Part shown: piece by piece, positions 1 to 9,526 of the stretch
Layout: each line of letters begins with the position of its first letter
Numbering within the stretch: position 1 is the stretch's first letter
Assembly (NCBI GenBank): GCA_945901405.1
Contig: CAMDLH010000034.1
Coordinates: 1-32,000, forward strand
Source: Bordetella parapertussis
GTDB lineage: Bacteria; Pseudomonadota; Gammaproteobacteria; Burkholderiales; SG8-41
Length of the DNA stretch: 32,000 bases
Direction of reading: 5' to 3'
The notes under the pieces: model-generated
Databases searched by the model: none
Seen by the model: only the letters and a program-made list of their open reading frames with translations
Told to the model about the DNA's origin: nothing
Made by a program: the position numbers and the translations under genes

Positions 1-162
1 GTATTAGCGAAAGGTTAAACCACAAGACCGAAGTCACCATCGGAAAAATCTGTTGCTTAGAGACGCAAAAAATGTAAAAACATGTTCTTAATCAGTTACT
101 TGGGAAAATACCCTAGCAAAACTCACCCACTGTTTCTGCTGACGAACCAAATAAATAGACTG

Positions 163-195
163 AAAAAACGGGCGGTCCTGAAACAGGGCCGCCCG
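163..195 (-). terminator. Rho-independent terminator downstream of the PhoX-like gene
   Basis: Minus strand reads CGGGCGGCCCTG-TTT-CAGGACCGCCCG (12-bp stem with one mismatch) followed by TTTTTT. It lies about 30 nt after the TAG stop at 227-229. Confidence 0.7.
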
Positions 196-226
196 CAAAC
201 GATGCCTGAAGACTGCGTGGTTGCTT

Positions 227-1756
227 CTAGTGCCGCGGCGCGGGAGACGCCATGATGTAGAGTTGTCCGCCTTCAACCAGTTCAGCGTCGGCGTTGGGAT
301 AGTGCGCCTGCATCACGCCAAGATAGTAACGGCGGAACGGTTGATACCAGTTCGCCGACTTGACGATATCAGTGACATCAATGATCCCCGAGTTTTCTTC
401 GTCAACGGTGTAAGGCGCCGGGGCGGGCGCCTGAAAGCGCGCAGGGTCGGACTTGAATATCTGGATGCCTGTCTTGGCCACCGGATCAATTTTCCAAACC
501 TTGGCGATATACGGCGTGTTGCCCGGGTCTTCCTGCACCATTACATTGCCATCGCCATCGACAGCGATATTGTCAAACGAGCGGGCGTTTTGTCCGTCGT
601 CGCCGATGAGCAAGGTACTGTCGATCACCAGTTCAATGCTGCCACCGGTGGGATTTGACAGGCTGTACAAGGTTAGTTTATACAAGCGCGCGGTTTGGCC
701 AAGCCCACCAGTGGTCACGAAGTAAAACACGTTCGGGTTTTTCGTGTCCCACGCGTCATCTTCGGGGCGCGCAAATTGGGTGATGCCCGCGGCTACGCTG
801 TCGGTTTGCAGTTGCGCACCGGTTTTGGTTTCCACTGCGGAAAGTTCGGCAAGCGAAAAACTGCCGTTTATCACACCAGCGTTCTCGATTGCTACCGTTG
901 AGGACGCGTAGTTTGCGCCGCCGTTGCTCACTTTCACGCCGAATAGTTTGCCGCCGTGCAGCCCTGCTTTTTCAATCGGGTTGCCCGTGTCTTTTTTGTC
1001 ACCGACGTAAACGTAAATCTGGCCCGGCGTTGAGTCATCCGTGCTGATCACGATGGTCTTGTCACCCGCATTGGGGTGTGCGAGCGAGTTTTCGTAGAAA
1101 AGCCGCCCCAGGAATGGCAACTGGTAGGCGTTGCCCTTCTCCGGGCCGGTCAGAATATGTGCAAAGGCACGACCCTCGTTGCCGGTTTCTTCACCGTTCA
1201 TGAAAATCCGGCCATTGAATCCCTTGCCGGTAACCGGATTGTAGAAAGCGGTTTTCTCAGGCAGATCAGCGGAGCAGAAACGGTTGAACACGCCAGATGG
1301 TGTATTGGTGCCATCGACGTAGGCGCCGTTATTCCACGTATAAACTTTCTAGATCAGATCTTCGCCAGTTCTCACCTGCAGGGTATTCAGGTGTACGGTC
1401 CAGTGCGAAACGAACGCGCCCTTTTGGCCATGGGCCTGGATAGCACCCGATCCGCCACCCAGTTCGTGATTCATGAACACGGTCATGAACGCCTTGTCCG
1501 CCACGTAGTCGCCGGAGTCCGCGTCATACTTCCCGGCAAGCGCACCTAAACCATCGGGGATGCCGACCATACGATATTGCACTTCCTTAGCAGTGTCGCC
1601 GACGGTAAGTAGCGATATCACTTCCCAGCCGGCTGCGCTCGGAACGATGTAAGGCGTTTGCGAACTGGTCGGGCCTTTCTGCTGCGCATATACGCCTCCT
1701 GCGGCGAGGGCGAGCGCGGCCGATACTGCGATAGCTATTTTCTTCAACTTAAACAT
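227..1756 (-). pseudogene. Secreted PhoX/DUF839-like beta-propeller phosphatase-family protein, interrupted by one in-frame TAG at 1349-1351
   Basis: ORFs 1349-1756 and 227-1291 are in the same frame (1351-1291=60). Translation runs ...TGEDLI*KVYTWNNGAYVDGTNTPSGVFNRFCSADLPEK... across the stop. The N-terminus MFKLKKIAIAVSAALALAAGGVYAQQ is a Sec signal. Motifs NHELGGGSG, CSADL, RIFMNGEE and FDNIAVDGDGN resemble the DUF839/PhoX propeller family. Confidence 0.7.
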
Positions 1757-1998
1757 ATTGCGGCTCCTTGGTCTTGCGTTATGTGATGTTCAACCTTGCC
1801 GCGGTGTTGACGTTAATTTCCATGCCCGCACCGCCAGCCGAGTCGCATACTACGGATGGCAGATTACCGGGTTATTTATGAATTTCTTCCTCGCCTAGTC
1901 CAAACGGTCTATCAAGCCCCGGGGCAAGCGCCCTATGCGCCAACAACCGAAGCGCACCTTGGCAGGCTATGCAAGGGTGTAAAAATCCAGCCTTGAAA

Positions 1999-2032
1999 TT
2001 GTCATAAAGCCGAAACATGCCTCATCTAGGAT
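1999..2032 (+). promoter_or_regulatory. Pho-box-like promoter of btaA
   Basis: TTGTCATAAAGCCGAAAC matches 13/18 positions of the E. coli consensus CTGTCATAWAWCTGTCAY. A 10-bp spacer follows, then the -10-like TAGGAT (2027-2032). This is the same geometry as the E. coli phoA promoter. Confidence 0.5.
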
Positions 2033-2065
2033 ACCAACGGTAATTCAATACCTTATTGGCTAAAC

Positions 2066-3271
2066 TTGAAGCTTCTCAGGAACATTCCAGAACGATTTCA
2101 CGACGCTGTTTTTGAATCTCTGTACAGCCGCTCGCTGGTCTACAACACCTGCTGGGAAGACCCGGCAATCGACCGAGCCGCGCTCGGACTCACACCTGCG
2201 GACGCCGTACTGGTAATTACCAGCGCGGGTTGCAATGCGTTCGACTATGCACTGGCGGGCGCCGGGCTCATTCATGCGGTTGACGCCAATCCGCGGCAGA
2301 CAGCACTCCTCGAACTGAAACTGTCGGGCATCGCCGCACTGGAGTTCGAGGATTTTTTCAGCATCTTCGGACGCGGTTCGCATCCCAATTTTGAAGCGAT
2401 CTACAAGAAGCAGTTGCGAGTCCGGCTTTCCGGCGAGTCACAACAGTTCTGGGACCGGCGCACCCATTGGTTCGATCCGCGCCGCAAACTGGGCTTTTAC
2501 TATCACGGACTGGCGGGCACGGTCGCACGCGCGTTTCGAGCGTACATGGTTTGGCGGCCAAGACTGCGCGACGCGTTATACGAGTTGCTTGCCAGTACGG
2601 ATATCGAAGTCCAGCGCGCGATTTACCACGCCCGTATACATCCGCTGCTGTGGAGTAAAAGCGTTGAGCGCGCGCTGTCGTCCGCGGTGACGCTAAGCTG
2701 CATGGGCGTGCCGCGTGAACAGCATGCCGAGGTGCGGCGCCAACACCAAGGCGGCGTGCCGGGGTTCGTGCGTGACGCCATCCGCCACGTTGCCTGCGAA
2801 ATGCCGATCACCGACAACTACTTCTGGCAACTTTATGTACGCGGCCATTACACCGACAAATGCTGCCCGGAGTATCTGAAGCCGGCGAATTTTGCATTGC
2901 TCAAACACGAACGCGCGGCGCGCATCGTGCCCCATACCGCGACGGTGACGCAACTGCTGCGCCATACGCGCCAGCGATTCTCCAAATTCGTGCTGCTCGA
3001 TCACATGGATTGGCTGGGGGCGCGCGATGCGCGCGCGCTCGCGGACGAATGGGAAGCGATACTCGCCAGGGCGGCGCCCGGCGCGCGCATCATCTTTCGC
3101 AGTGCGCACGCGCGGCCCTGGTTCATGGATCAGTTGCGCGTGGCGCTGTCGGGCGCGTGGCGCCCCTTGGACGAACTTCTGCACTTTGACGAAGCGCTGG
3201 CAAGGCGCCTGCACGCTTTTGACCGCGTGCATACCTACGGCGGATTTCACATCGCCGACGTGCGCGCCTGA
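2066..3271 (+). CDS. btaA: S-adenosylmethionine:diacylglycerol 3-amino-3-carboxypropyl transferase (BtaA, DUF3419 family)
   Basis: 401 aa. Carries the hallmark N-terminal LVYNTCWEDPAIDRAAL motif and the SAM-binding-like VLVITSAGCNAFDYA. It is followed immediately by a BtaB-like methyltransferase. The start is TTG (no in-frame ATG nearby). Confidence 0.85.
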   Translation: MKLLRNIPERFHDAVFESLYSRSLVYNTCWEDPAIDRAALGLTPADAVLVITSAGCNAFDYALAGAGLIHAVDANPRQTALLELKLSGIAALEFEDFFSIFGRGSHPNFEAIYKKQLRVRLSGESQQFWDRRTHWFDPRRKLGFYYHGLAGTVARAFRAYMVWRPRLRDALYELLASTDIEVQRAIYHARIHPLLWSKSVERALSSAVTLSCMGVPREQHAEVRRQHQGGVPGFVRDAIRHVACEMPITDNYFWQLYVRGHYTDKCCPEYLKPANFALLKHERAARIVPHTATVTQLLRHTRQRFSKFVLLDHMDWLGARDARALADEWEAILARAAPGARIIFRSAHARPWFMDQLRVALSGAWRPLDELLHFDEALARRLHAFDRVHTYGGFHIADVRA

Positions 3272-3272
3272 G

Positions 3273-4046
3273 ATGGAACTCACCGAAATCAGATCGCTGT
3301 GGCGCATGCTCAAGGGCATGCCCGGCGGCGATACGCAGGCGGCGCGGCTGGATGGGTTTTACCGGCCGCAGGCCGACCATTACGACACTCTACGCAAGCG
3401 CATGCTGCACGGGCGCGAGGAACTGCTCGACGCACTGGCGCCACCCGAGGGCAGCCGCGTGGTTGAACTTGGCGCGGGGACAGGCGCAATGCTTGAGTTG
3501 TGGGGCGCGCGCACTTCGCGCTTCGCCGCCATGGAACTGGTTGATCTGTGTCCCGCAATGGCCGAGCGAGCCTCCCAGCGCGCACTTGGGCGCCGCAACG
3601 TGCGCGTGGTGCAGGCCGATGCCGCGGCATACCGACCGCCGTGGAAAGCCGATTGCGTCTACCTGTCGTATTCGCTGACGATGATCCCGGACTGGGTGCG
3701 TGCTCTTAACAACGCGCTCGCCATGCTCAAGCCTGGCGGCAAGCTGGGCGTGGTTGATTTTTACGTCGCGGGCGGCGCTCATGAATGGGCAGGCGCGCAA
3801 CACAGCGCGGTCCAACGCTGGTTCTGGACGCAGTGGTTCCGTCACGATCACGTATTCCTGTCGCCGCGCCATCTTTCGGCCTTGTGCTCGCTCGCCGACA
3901 AGGCCTACCTGCGCGAGGCAACGGGATCGTTGCCGTACCTGCCGTTGCTGAAAGTCCCCTACTACGTATTCGTGGGCACGAAGCCGGAGCGCCCGCGCGC
4001 CGGTCTCGTCGCCGATCTGTGGAAAAGGAGTTCGATGCCATCATGA
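3273..4046 (+). CDS. btaB: Diacylglycerol-homoserine N-methyltransferase (BtaB-like class I SAM methyltransferase)
   Basis: 257 aa counted from ATG 3273, which lies 1 nt after the btaA stop. Has the SAM motif VVELGAGTGAM. Pairing with btaA is the canonical DGTS operon. The longer ORF-track start at 3027 would overlap btaA by 245 nt. Confidence 0.8.
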   Translation: MELTEIRSLWRMLKGMPGGDTQAARLDGFYRPQADHYDTLRKRMLHGREELLDALAPPEGSRVVELGAGTGAMLELWGARTSRFAAMELVDLCPAMAERASQRALGRRNVRVVQADAAAYRPPWKADCVYLSYSLTMIPDWVRALNNALAMLKPGGKLGVVDFYVAGGAHEWAGAQHSAVQRWFWTQWFRHDHVFLSPRHLSALCSLADKAYLREATGSLPYLPLLKVPYYVFVGTKPERPRAGLVADLWKRSSMPS

Positions 4047-4867
4047 AGCGAGTTCGCACGATGTTTCTGTCGGATATTCATCTGGGCACGCGGGCATGCC
4101 AGGCCGACCGGCTGCTTGCCTTTCTCAAGGAATACGAGAGCGAATATCTTTATCTGGTCGGCGACATCGTCGACATCTGGGCCATGGGCCGCAGCGTGTA
4201 CTGGCCCTCGGCGCGCAACACCATTGTGCAAAAGATACTGCGCAAGGCGCGCCATCACACCAAGGTGTTTTTTATTCCCGGCAACCACGATGAAGCGCTG
4301 AAGGAATTCATCGGCATTTCGTTCGGCGCCATGGATGTGGTCACCGATCACGTTCACGTCACGGCAAACGGCCAGCGCCTGTTGATCCTGCACGGCGACG
4401 AATACGACCAGATCACCACCTGTCACCGCTGGCTTTCGGTGCTGGGCGATATCTCGTACACCGCGTTGGTGCACATCAACCGCATCCTTTCATACGCCCG
4501 GCGCAAACTGCGCATCGGCGGGCATTGGTCGCTCGCGGACTACGCCAAGCGCAATGTACTCAAGGCCGTCGCCTATGTCGGCGACTTTGAGCAAGCCGCC
4601 GTGCGCACCGCGATGCAGCGCGGCGTGGACGGCGTGATCTGCGGGCATATCCACACGCCGGCCATCAAATCCATTGACGGACTGACTTATTTCAATTGCG
4701 GCGACTGGGTGGACAACTGCACCGCGCTGGTGGAACACATGGACGGGCGCATGGAACTGGTGCGCAGCACGCCCGAATTAAGGCTTGCCGCGGTGGGATC
4801 GCCCCTTCCCATGCCCGCGCCGGCGGCCGCGGCATTGCCCGCACGTGCGCGCCGGACTGCCCCCTGA
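4043..4867 (+). CDS. plcP: LpxH-family metallophosphoesterase, PlcP-like phospholipase C candidate
   Basis: 274 aa counted from ATG 4043, which overlaps the btaB stop (ATGA). Metallophosphoesterase motifs FLSDIHLG, LVGDIVD, GNHD and GHIH are present, plus a NCGDW tail typical of LpxH/YbbF-like enzymes. Its position next to lipid-remodelling genes mirrors S. meliloti and P. aeruginosa PlcP. Confidence 0.7.
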   Translation: MKRVRTMFLSDIHLGTRACQADRLLAFLKEYESEYLYLVGDIVDIWAMGRSVYWPSARNTIVQKILRKARHHTKVFFIPGNHDEALKEFIGISFGAMDVVTDHVHVTANGQRLLILHGDEYDQITTCHRWLSVLGDISYTALVHINRILSYARRKLRIGGHWSLADYAKRNVLKAVAYVGDFEQAAVRTAMQRGVDGVICGHIHTPAIKSIDGLTYFNCGDWVDNCTALVEHMDGRMELVRSTPELRLAAVGSPLPMPAPAAAALPARARRTAP

Positions 4868-4897
4868 CTGCCGATGTTGCGTCTCGGTACGGCTATT

Positions 4898-6040
4898 TCA
4901 TGCGATACGTTTGCCGCCGCGCCATACCGCGATAACGCTGGGGCTGCCGTCCACGCGCCGCACGCGCGAAAAATCAGCGCGTTTGCCGATGGCGATTTCA
5001 CCGCGATCACGCAGTTGCAGGCACTGCGCCGCGTTCAGGCTGATGGTATTGACCGCTTGCGAGATTGTGAAGCCGCACTGATCGGCGAGCATAAAGGCCG
5101 CATTGAGCAGACTCGACGGCACGTAATCGGAAGACAACGCATCGAGCAGCCCCTCGCGCGCAAGCGAGGTGGCGGCAACGTTACCGGAATGCGACCCGCC
5201 GCGAACCACATTGGGCGCGCCCATCACCACGCCGAGGTCATGTTGCCGCGCGGCGCGCGCCGCGGCGAGCGTTGTGGGGAATTCGGATACAGCAATGCCC
5301 TCCTGATAGGCTTCGGACACATGTTCGGGCGTAGTGTCGTCATGGCTTGCAAGGGGGATTTCCTGCTGGTGCGCGTATTGAATGAAATAGCGGCGGTGCG
5401 GCCCTGAATAGCGTTGCTGCAAGTCCCTGGATTCCGCCACAACACTATCAAACTTCTCGTCGCTCCAGCCCTTCTTACCAGTGTAGTAGACGCGCGCCTG
5501 CTCGACATTGGTCCACTGGCGCTGCCCCGGCGTGTGATCCATCAACGAGATCAAGCCCACGCGCGGACTTTTCGCGAAAGGCTCGAACAACGAGATCGTG
5601 TTAGGCGCTGGCAGTTCGCAGCGAACATGCAAGTAATGATCCGCGCGCAGCAAGCCCGCGGCCTCGGCGCGGTCGATGCATTGCAGCAGGCCGGCCATGT
5701 TGGTGCCGCGCAACGCGGCCTCGTCCACGTCCCCCACGCCCAGCGCGTCATACACCGTGGTGATGCCTGCCGCAGCCACCTCGGCGTCATGCGCCAGCAG
5801 CGCGGGAAATTCCGGCCAACTGACCTTGGGACGCGGCATCAGATGCTTTTCAAGGTTGTCGGTGTGCATCTCGATGAATCCGGGAAGCAGATAGTCGCCC
5901 TGCCAGTCTTCGGCACCCAAGGTGCGCATGACTCCCTCGTCAAGATCGGCGATGCGCCCATTGCTCACGCTCAGGGTTCCGAGGAAGTCGCGGCAACTGG
6001 TGACAATGCGCGCATTGGTTATCAACATTTCCGTGCTCAT
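4898..6040 (-). CDS. phnM: Alpha-D-ribose 1-methylphosphonate 5-triphosphate diphosphatase PhnM
   Basis: 380 aa amidohydrolase. Contains ITNARIV...LLPGFIEMHTDNLEKHLMPRP. It is the last gene of the phnGHIJKLM series, and its start overlaps the phnL stop. Confidence 0.9.
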   Translation of the reverse strand: MSTEMLITNARIVTSCRDFLGTLSVSNGRIADLDEGVMRTLGAEDWQGDYLLPGFIEMHTDNLEKHLMPRPKVSWPEFPALLAHDAEVAAAGITTVYDALGVGDVDEAALRGTNMAGLLQCIDRAEAAGLLRADHYLHVRCELPAPNTISLFEPFAKSPRVGLISLMDHTPGQRQWTNVEQARVYYTGKKGWSDEKFDSVVAESRDLQQRYSGPHRRYFIQYAHQQEIPLASHDDTTPEHVSEAYQEGIAVSEFPTTLAAARAARQHDLGVVMGAPNVVRGGSHSGNVAATSLAREGLLDALSSDYVPSSLLNAAFMLADQCGFTISQAVNTISLNAAQCLQLRDRGEIAIGKRADFSRVRRVDGSPSVIAVWRGGKRIA

Positions 6041-6762
6041 GCGTGCGCTCCGATAGGTGACATTTGAAACAATCGCGTGGCAATCGCGTCGCGTACCGCG
6101 TGGTCATGAAAAATCCCCAGCAGCGCAGCACCACGCTGCTGCGCTTCAATAATCAAATCAATCACCGCGCCGCGGTTGGCGTCATCCAGCGCGGCAGTGG
6201 GTTCATCCAGCAGCATTACCGGCGGTTTGGCGGCAAACGCGCGCGCGATGTTGATGCGTTGCTGTTCACCTCCGGAGAAAGTCGCCGGGGGCAATGTCCA
6301 CAAGCGCGACGGAATATTCAGCCGTTCAAGCAGAGCCTGCGCGCGACGCCTTGCTTCGCCGTGTTCAAGACCGATCGCCAGCATGGGCGCGATCACGATA
6401 TCGAGCGCGGGCACGCGCGGAATCACGCGCAGGAACTGGCTGACATATCCGAGGGTATGGCGGCGCACCTCGAGGATCTCGCGCGGCGGAGCGCTTGCCA
6501 TATCCACCCACGTATCGCGATGGCGCACGCGCGCGCTGCCCGATTGCGTGCGGTAATTGGCATAAAGGCACTTGAGCAACGTGCTTTTGCCCGCGCCGGA
6601 ATGCCCGGTCAGAGCGACACATTCACCCGCCGCCGCCGAGAGTGACACCGCGCGCAGCACCGGCAGATTCGCGCCGCCCTGCAAATGCAGAGTAAATGAT
6701 TTATGTAAGTTATTGATTTTAATAATATTTTCCGTCTTGCGTTCCATTTGGCGTTCCATCAA
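6037..6762 (-). CDS. phnL: C-P lyase system ATP-binding protein PhnL
   Basis: 241 aa. Has Walker A GHSGAGKST and signature FSGGEQQR. Position is between phnK and phnM, with 4-nt overlaps at both ends. Confidence 0.9.
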   Translation of the reverse strand: MMERQMERKTENIIKINNLHKSFTLHLQGGANLPVLRAVSLSAAAGECVALTGHSGAGKSTLLKCLYANYRTQSGSARVRHRDTWVDMASAPPREILEVRRHTLGYVSQFLRVIPRVPALDIVIAPMLAIGLEHGEARRRAQALLERLNIPSRLWTLPPATFSGGEQQRINIARAFAAKPPVMLLDEPTAALDDANRGAVIDLIIEAQQRGAALLGIFHDHAVRDAIATRLFQMSPIGAHA

Positions 6763-7547
6763 GCGCGCAACTCTGACGACACCAGCAGTTGGGTATAGGG
6801 ATGTTGCGGATCGTCAAGCACCTGATCAGTCAAGCCTTCCTCGACCACGCGGCCCGCGTGCATCACCAGCGCGCGATGCGCCAGCAGGCGCGCCACCGCG
6901 AGATCATGCGTGACGATGATCGCGGACAACCCCAGATCGCATGCCAGTCCGCGTATCAGATCGAGCAGGCGCGCCTGCACCGACACGTCAAGCCCGGCGG
7001 TAGGTTCGTCCATGAATACCAGGCGCGGACGCGAAACCAGATTACGCGCGATTTGCAGGCGTTGTTGCATGCCGCCCGAATAGGCCGCGGGACGCTCATC
7101 CATGCGGCACGGATCGAGCTCCACTTTTTGCATCCACGCATGGGCCTCGCGGCGGATGTTGCCGTAGTGACGCGCGCCCACGGCCATCAGCCGCTCGCCG
7201 ATATTCGCCCCCGCACTGACATCCGCGCGCAGGCCGTCGCGCGGATTCTGATGCACGAAGCCCCAATCGGTGCGCATCAACATCCGCCGCGACGCTTCCG
7301 ACATCGACCAGATATCAACGGCGCCATCAACGCGTGTCTGAAATTTCACGCGGCCCGCATCCGGTCGCAGTTGCCCCGACAGGCAGCGCAGTAACGTAGT
7401 CTTGCCCGAACCGGATTCGCCCACGACCGCCAGCACCTCGCCAGCGTACAAGGTGAACCCGATGCCGTCGCACGCGATGCGCGGCCCGTAGCAGTGCGCA
7501 AGACCGCTGACTTCGAGCAGCGGCGCTTCGGCGCGGCCCGCGTTCAT
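6759..7547 (-). CDS. phnK: C-P lyase system ATP-binding protein PhnK
   Basis: 262 aa. Has Walker A GESGSGKTT and signature YSGGMQQR. Lies directly downstream of phnJ. Confidence 0.9.
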   Translation of the reverse strand: MNAGRAEAPLLEVSGLAHCYGPRIACDGIGFTLYAGEVLAVVGESGSGKTTLLRCLSGQLRPDAGRVKFQTRVDGAVDIWSMSEASRRMLMRTDWGFVHQNPRDGLRADVSAGANIGERLMAVGARHYGNIRREAHAWMQKVELDPCRMDERPAAYSGGMQQRLQIARNLVSRPRLVFMDEPTAGLDVSVQARLLDLIRGLACDLGLSAIIVTHDLAVARLLAHRALVMHAGRVVEEGLTDQVLDDPQHPYTQLLVSSELRA

Positions 7548-8425
7548 GCCACGGCTGCCATCTGCGCGTGCTCATCCGTCTCACGCTGCTCGCGCCGGCC
7601 GCGGCAATAGTCGCTGTCCGAACACACAAACATGCGCGCGCCCTGATCGTCGAGTATCACCTCATCCAGAAAACTGTCGGTGGCATTGCACAAGGCGCAT
7701 GGATGGTCCCAGCGTTGAATTTCAAACGGGTGATCCTCGAAATCCAGGCTGCGCACCGATGTATACGGCGGCACGGCGTAGATACGTTTCTCGCGCCCCG
7801 CGCCAAACAGTTGCAGCGCAGGATTCATGTGCATCTTCGGATTGTCGAATTTCGGTATCGGCGAAGGACGCATAAGGTAGCGCCCGTTGACGATCACCGG
7901 GTAGTCGTAGGTCGCGGCGATATGGCCGAAATGGGCGATGTCTTCATAGAGCTTGACGTGCATCGCGCCGTATTCGGCCAGTGCGTGCATCTTGCGCGTC
8001 TCGGCTTCGCGCGGCTCCAGCCAACGCAGCATTTCGGGAATCGGCACCTGATAGACGATGATTTGGCCGCTGCAAAGCGGTGTCTCGGGGATGCGATGCC
8101 GCGTCTGGATCAAGGTCGCATCCTTAGTGCGCTCGGTGGTCTTGACCCGCGTGGTGCGCACAAAGAAGTTGCGGATATTGATGGCGTTGGTGGTGTCGTC
8201 CGAACCTTGATCGATAACCTTCAGCACGTCGTCCGGGCCAATGATCGAAGCGGTCACCTGTATGCCGCCGGTGCCCCATCCATAAGGTAATGGCATTTCG
8301 CGGCTGCCAAACGGCACTTGGTAACCGGGGATTGCGATCGCCTTCAGGATCGCGCGCCGGATCATGCGCTTGGTTTGTTCGTCGAGGTAGGCGAAGTTGT
8401 AACCGCTGCCATCTGGAGTATTCAT
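7544..8425 (-). CDS. phnJ: Alpha-D-ribose 1-methylphosphonate 5-phosphate C-P lyase PhnJ
   Basis: 293 aa. Contains NFAYLDEQTKRMIRRAILKAIAIPGYQVPF, closely resembling E. coli PhnJ, and a C-terminal Cys cluster CALCNA...CSDSDYC. Confidence 0.95.
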   Translation of the reverse strand: MNTPDGSGYNFAYLDEQTKRMIRRAILKAIAIPGYQVPFGSREMPLPYGWGTGGIQVTASIIGPDDVLKVIDQGSDDTTNAINIRNFFVRTTRVKTTERTKDATLIQTRHRIPETPLCSGQIIVYQVPIPEMLRWLEPREAETRKMHALAEYGAMHVKLYEDIAHFGHIAATYDYPVIVNGRYLMRPSPIPKFDNPKMHMNPALQLFGAGREKRIYAVPPYTSVRSLDFEDHPFEIQRWDHPCALCNATDSFLDEVILDDQGARMFVCSDSDYCRGRREQRETDEHAQMAAVA

Positions 8426-9525
8426 GCGACCGCCTTGCGAGGTCCATCCTTTTTCAGGTGGCGCGCGCGCAGCTTGCGCACCAACTCGAGCTCCGACTGA
8501 AAATCGACGTAGTGCGGTAATTTCAGATGCTGCACAAAGCCCGAGGCCTCGACGTTGTCGCTGTGATAGAGCACGAACTCCTGCATCTGCGTGGGCGAAG
8601 TCACGCTCTCGCCCAATTCATCCGCGCGCAGGCTGCGATCAACCAGCGCCATCGCCATCGCCTTGCGTTCGCATGCACCAAAGCTCAAACCATAGCCACG
8701 CGTGAACTGCGGCGGCTCCGTGGCGGAACCGGCAAACTGATTGACCATCTGACACTCGGTGACAAATATCTCGCCGATTTCAATGGCGAACCCGAGTTCT
8801 TCGGGCACGACTTCCACCGCCACCGTGCCCTGACGAATCTCGCCAGCAAATGGATGGGTGTTGGCATAGCCGCGCTGCGAGGCGTATCCGAGCGCGAGCA
8901 AAAAGCCTTCGTCGGCACGCGCCAGATTCTGCAGCCGTAACGGGCGTTCCGCCGGGAACTCCATCGGCTCGCGTGTTAGATCACGCGGATCGGGATCCTC
9001 CAGCGTGGGGACTTCAGCTTCAAGCAGACCTTCATCACCCATGATTTCGGTAACACGCGGGACAACGCGTGGCGGCACTGGAGCCGCCAGCGCTGAAGTT
9101 TCCACCGCCGCCAGCGATGCCGCGGCCAACTCAAAATCCAGCAGGCGCTGCGTGTAATCGTAAGTGGCGCCCAGCATTTGTCCGCCTGGAACATCCTTGT
9201 AGGTCGCGGAAATGCGTCGTTGCAGGGACATCTTGCCGGTATCGATCGGATTCGATACGCCCAGCCGCGGCAACGTCGTGCGATACGCGCGCAACAGAAA
9301 CACCGCCTCGACAAGATCGCCCTGCGCCTGCTTGATCGCCAGCGCGGCAAGTTCCGGATCGAACAGCGAGCCTTCCGCCATCACACGATCCACGGCGAGT
9401 CCGAGCTGCTCGCGTATCTGATCGAGCGAGAGTTCCGGCACCGCGATGTTGCCGCGCCGCTTTTCGGCCAGCAGCCGCCACGAATTCAGTATCGCCTGTT
9501 CACCACCCTTGACCGCTACATACAT
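8422..9525 (-). CDS. phnI: C-P lyase core complex subunit PhnI
   Basis: 367 aa. The N-terminus MYVAVKGGEQAI matches E. coli PhnI MYVAVKGGEKAI. Confidence 0.95.
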   Translation of the reverse strand: MYVAVKGGEQAILNSWRLLAEKRRGNIAVPELSLDQIREQLGLAVDRVMAEGSLFDPELAALAIKQAQGDLVEAVFLLRAYRTTLPRLGVSNPIDTGKMSLQRRISATYKDVPGGQMLGATYDYTQRLLDFELAAASLAAVETSALAAPVPPRVVPRVTEIMGDEGLLEAEVPTLEDPDPRDLTREPMEFPAERPLRLQNLARADEGFLLALGYASQRGYANTHPFAGEIRQGTVAVEVVPEELGFAIEIGEIFVTECQMVNQFAGSATEPPQFTRGYGLSFGACERKAMAMALVDRSLRADELGESVTSPTQMQEFVLYHSDNVEASGFVQHLKLPHYVDFQSELELVRKLRARHLKKDGPRKAVA

Positions 9526-9526
9526 C

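Noticed and set aside
1-160. AT-rich leftmost 160 bp, inspected for a tRNA, an IS end, an att site or a gene end
   Set aside because: There is no cloverleaf-compatible structure, no inverted repeats and no ORF with support. The fragment at the window edge is too short to call.
1830-1900. Pho-like half-sites (ATTCAT ... CTGCCAT, minus strand) upstream of the interrupted PhoX-like gene
   Set aside because: The half-sites are 22 bp apart with a poor middle repeat. The only -10-like hexamer (TAGTAT) is 3 bp away, which does not fit the architecture seen elsewhere.
3027-4042. Upstream extensions of btaB (from 3027) and the plcP-like gene (from 3785) in the ORF track
   Set aside because: The extensions overlap the preceding genes by hundreds of nt and are Arg/Ala-rich. 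The conserved domains begin at MELTEIRSLW (3273) and MKRVRTMFLSDIHLG (4043), each abutting the upstream stop.
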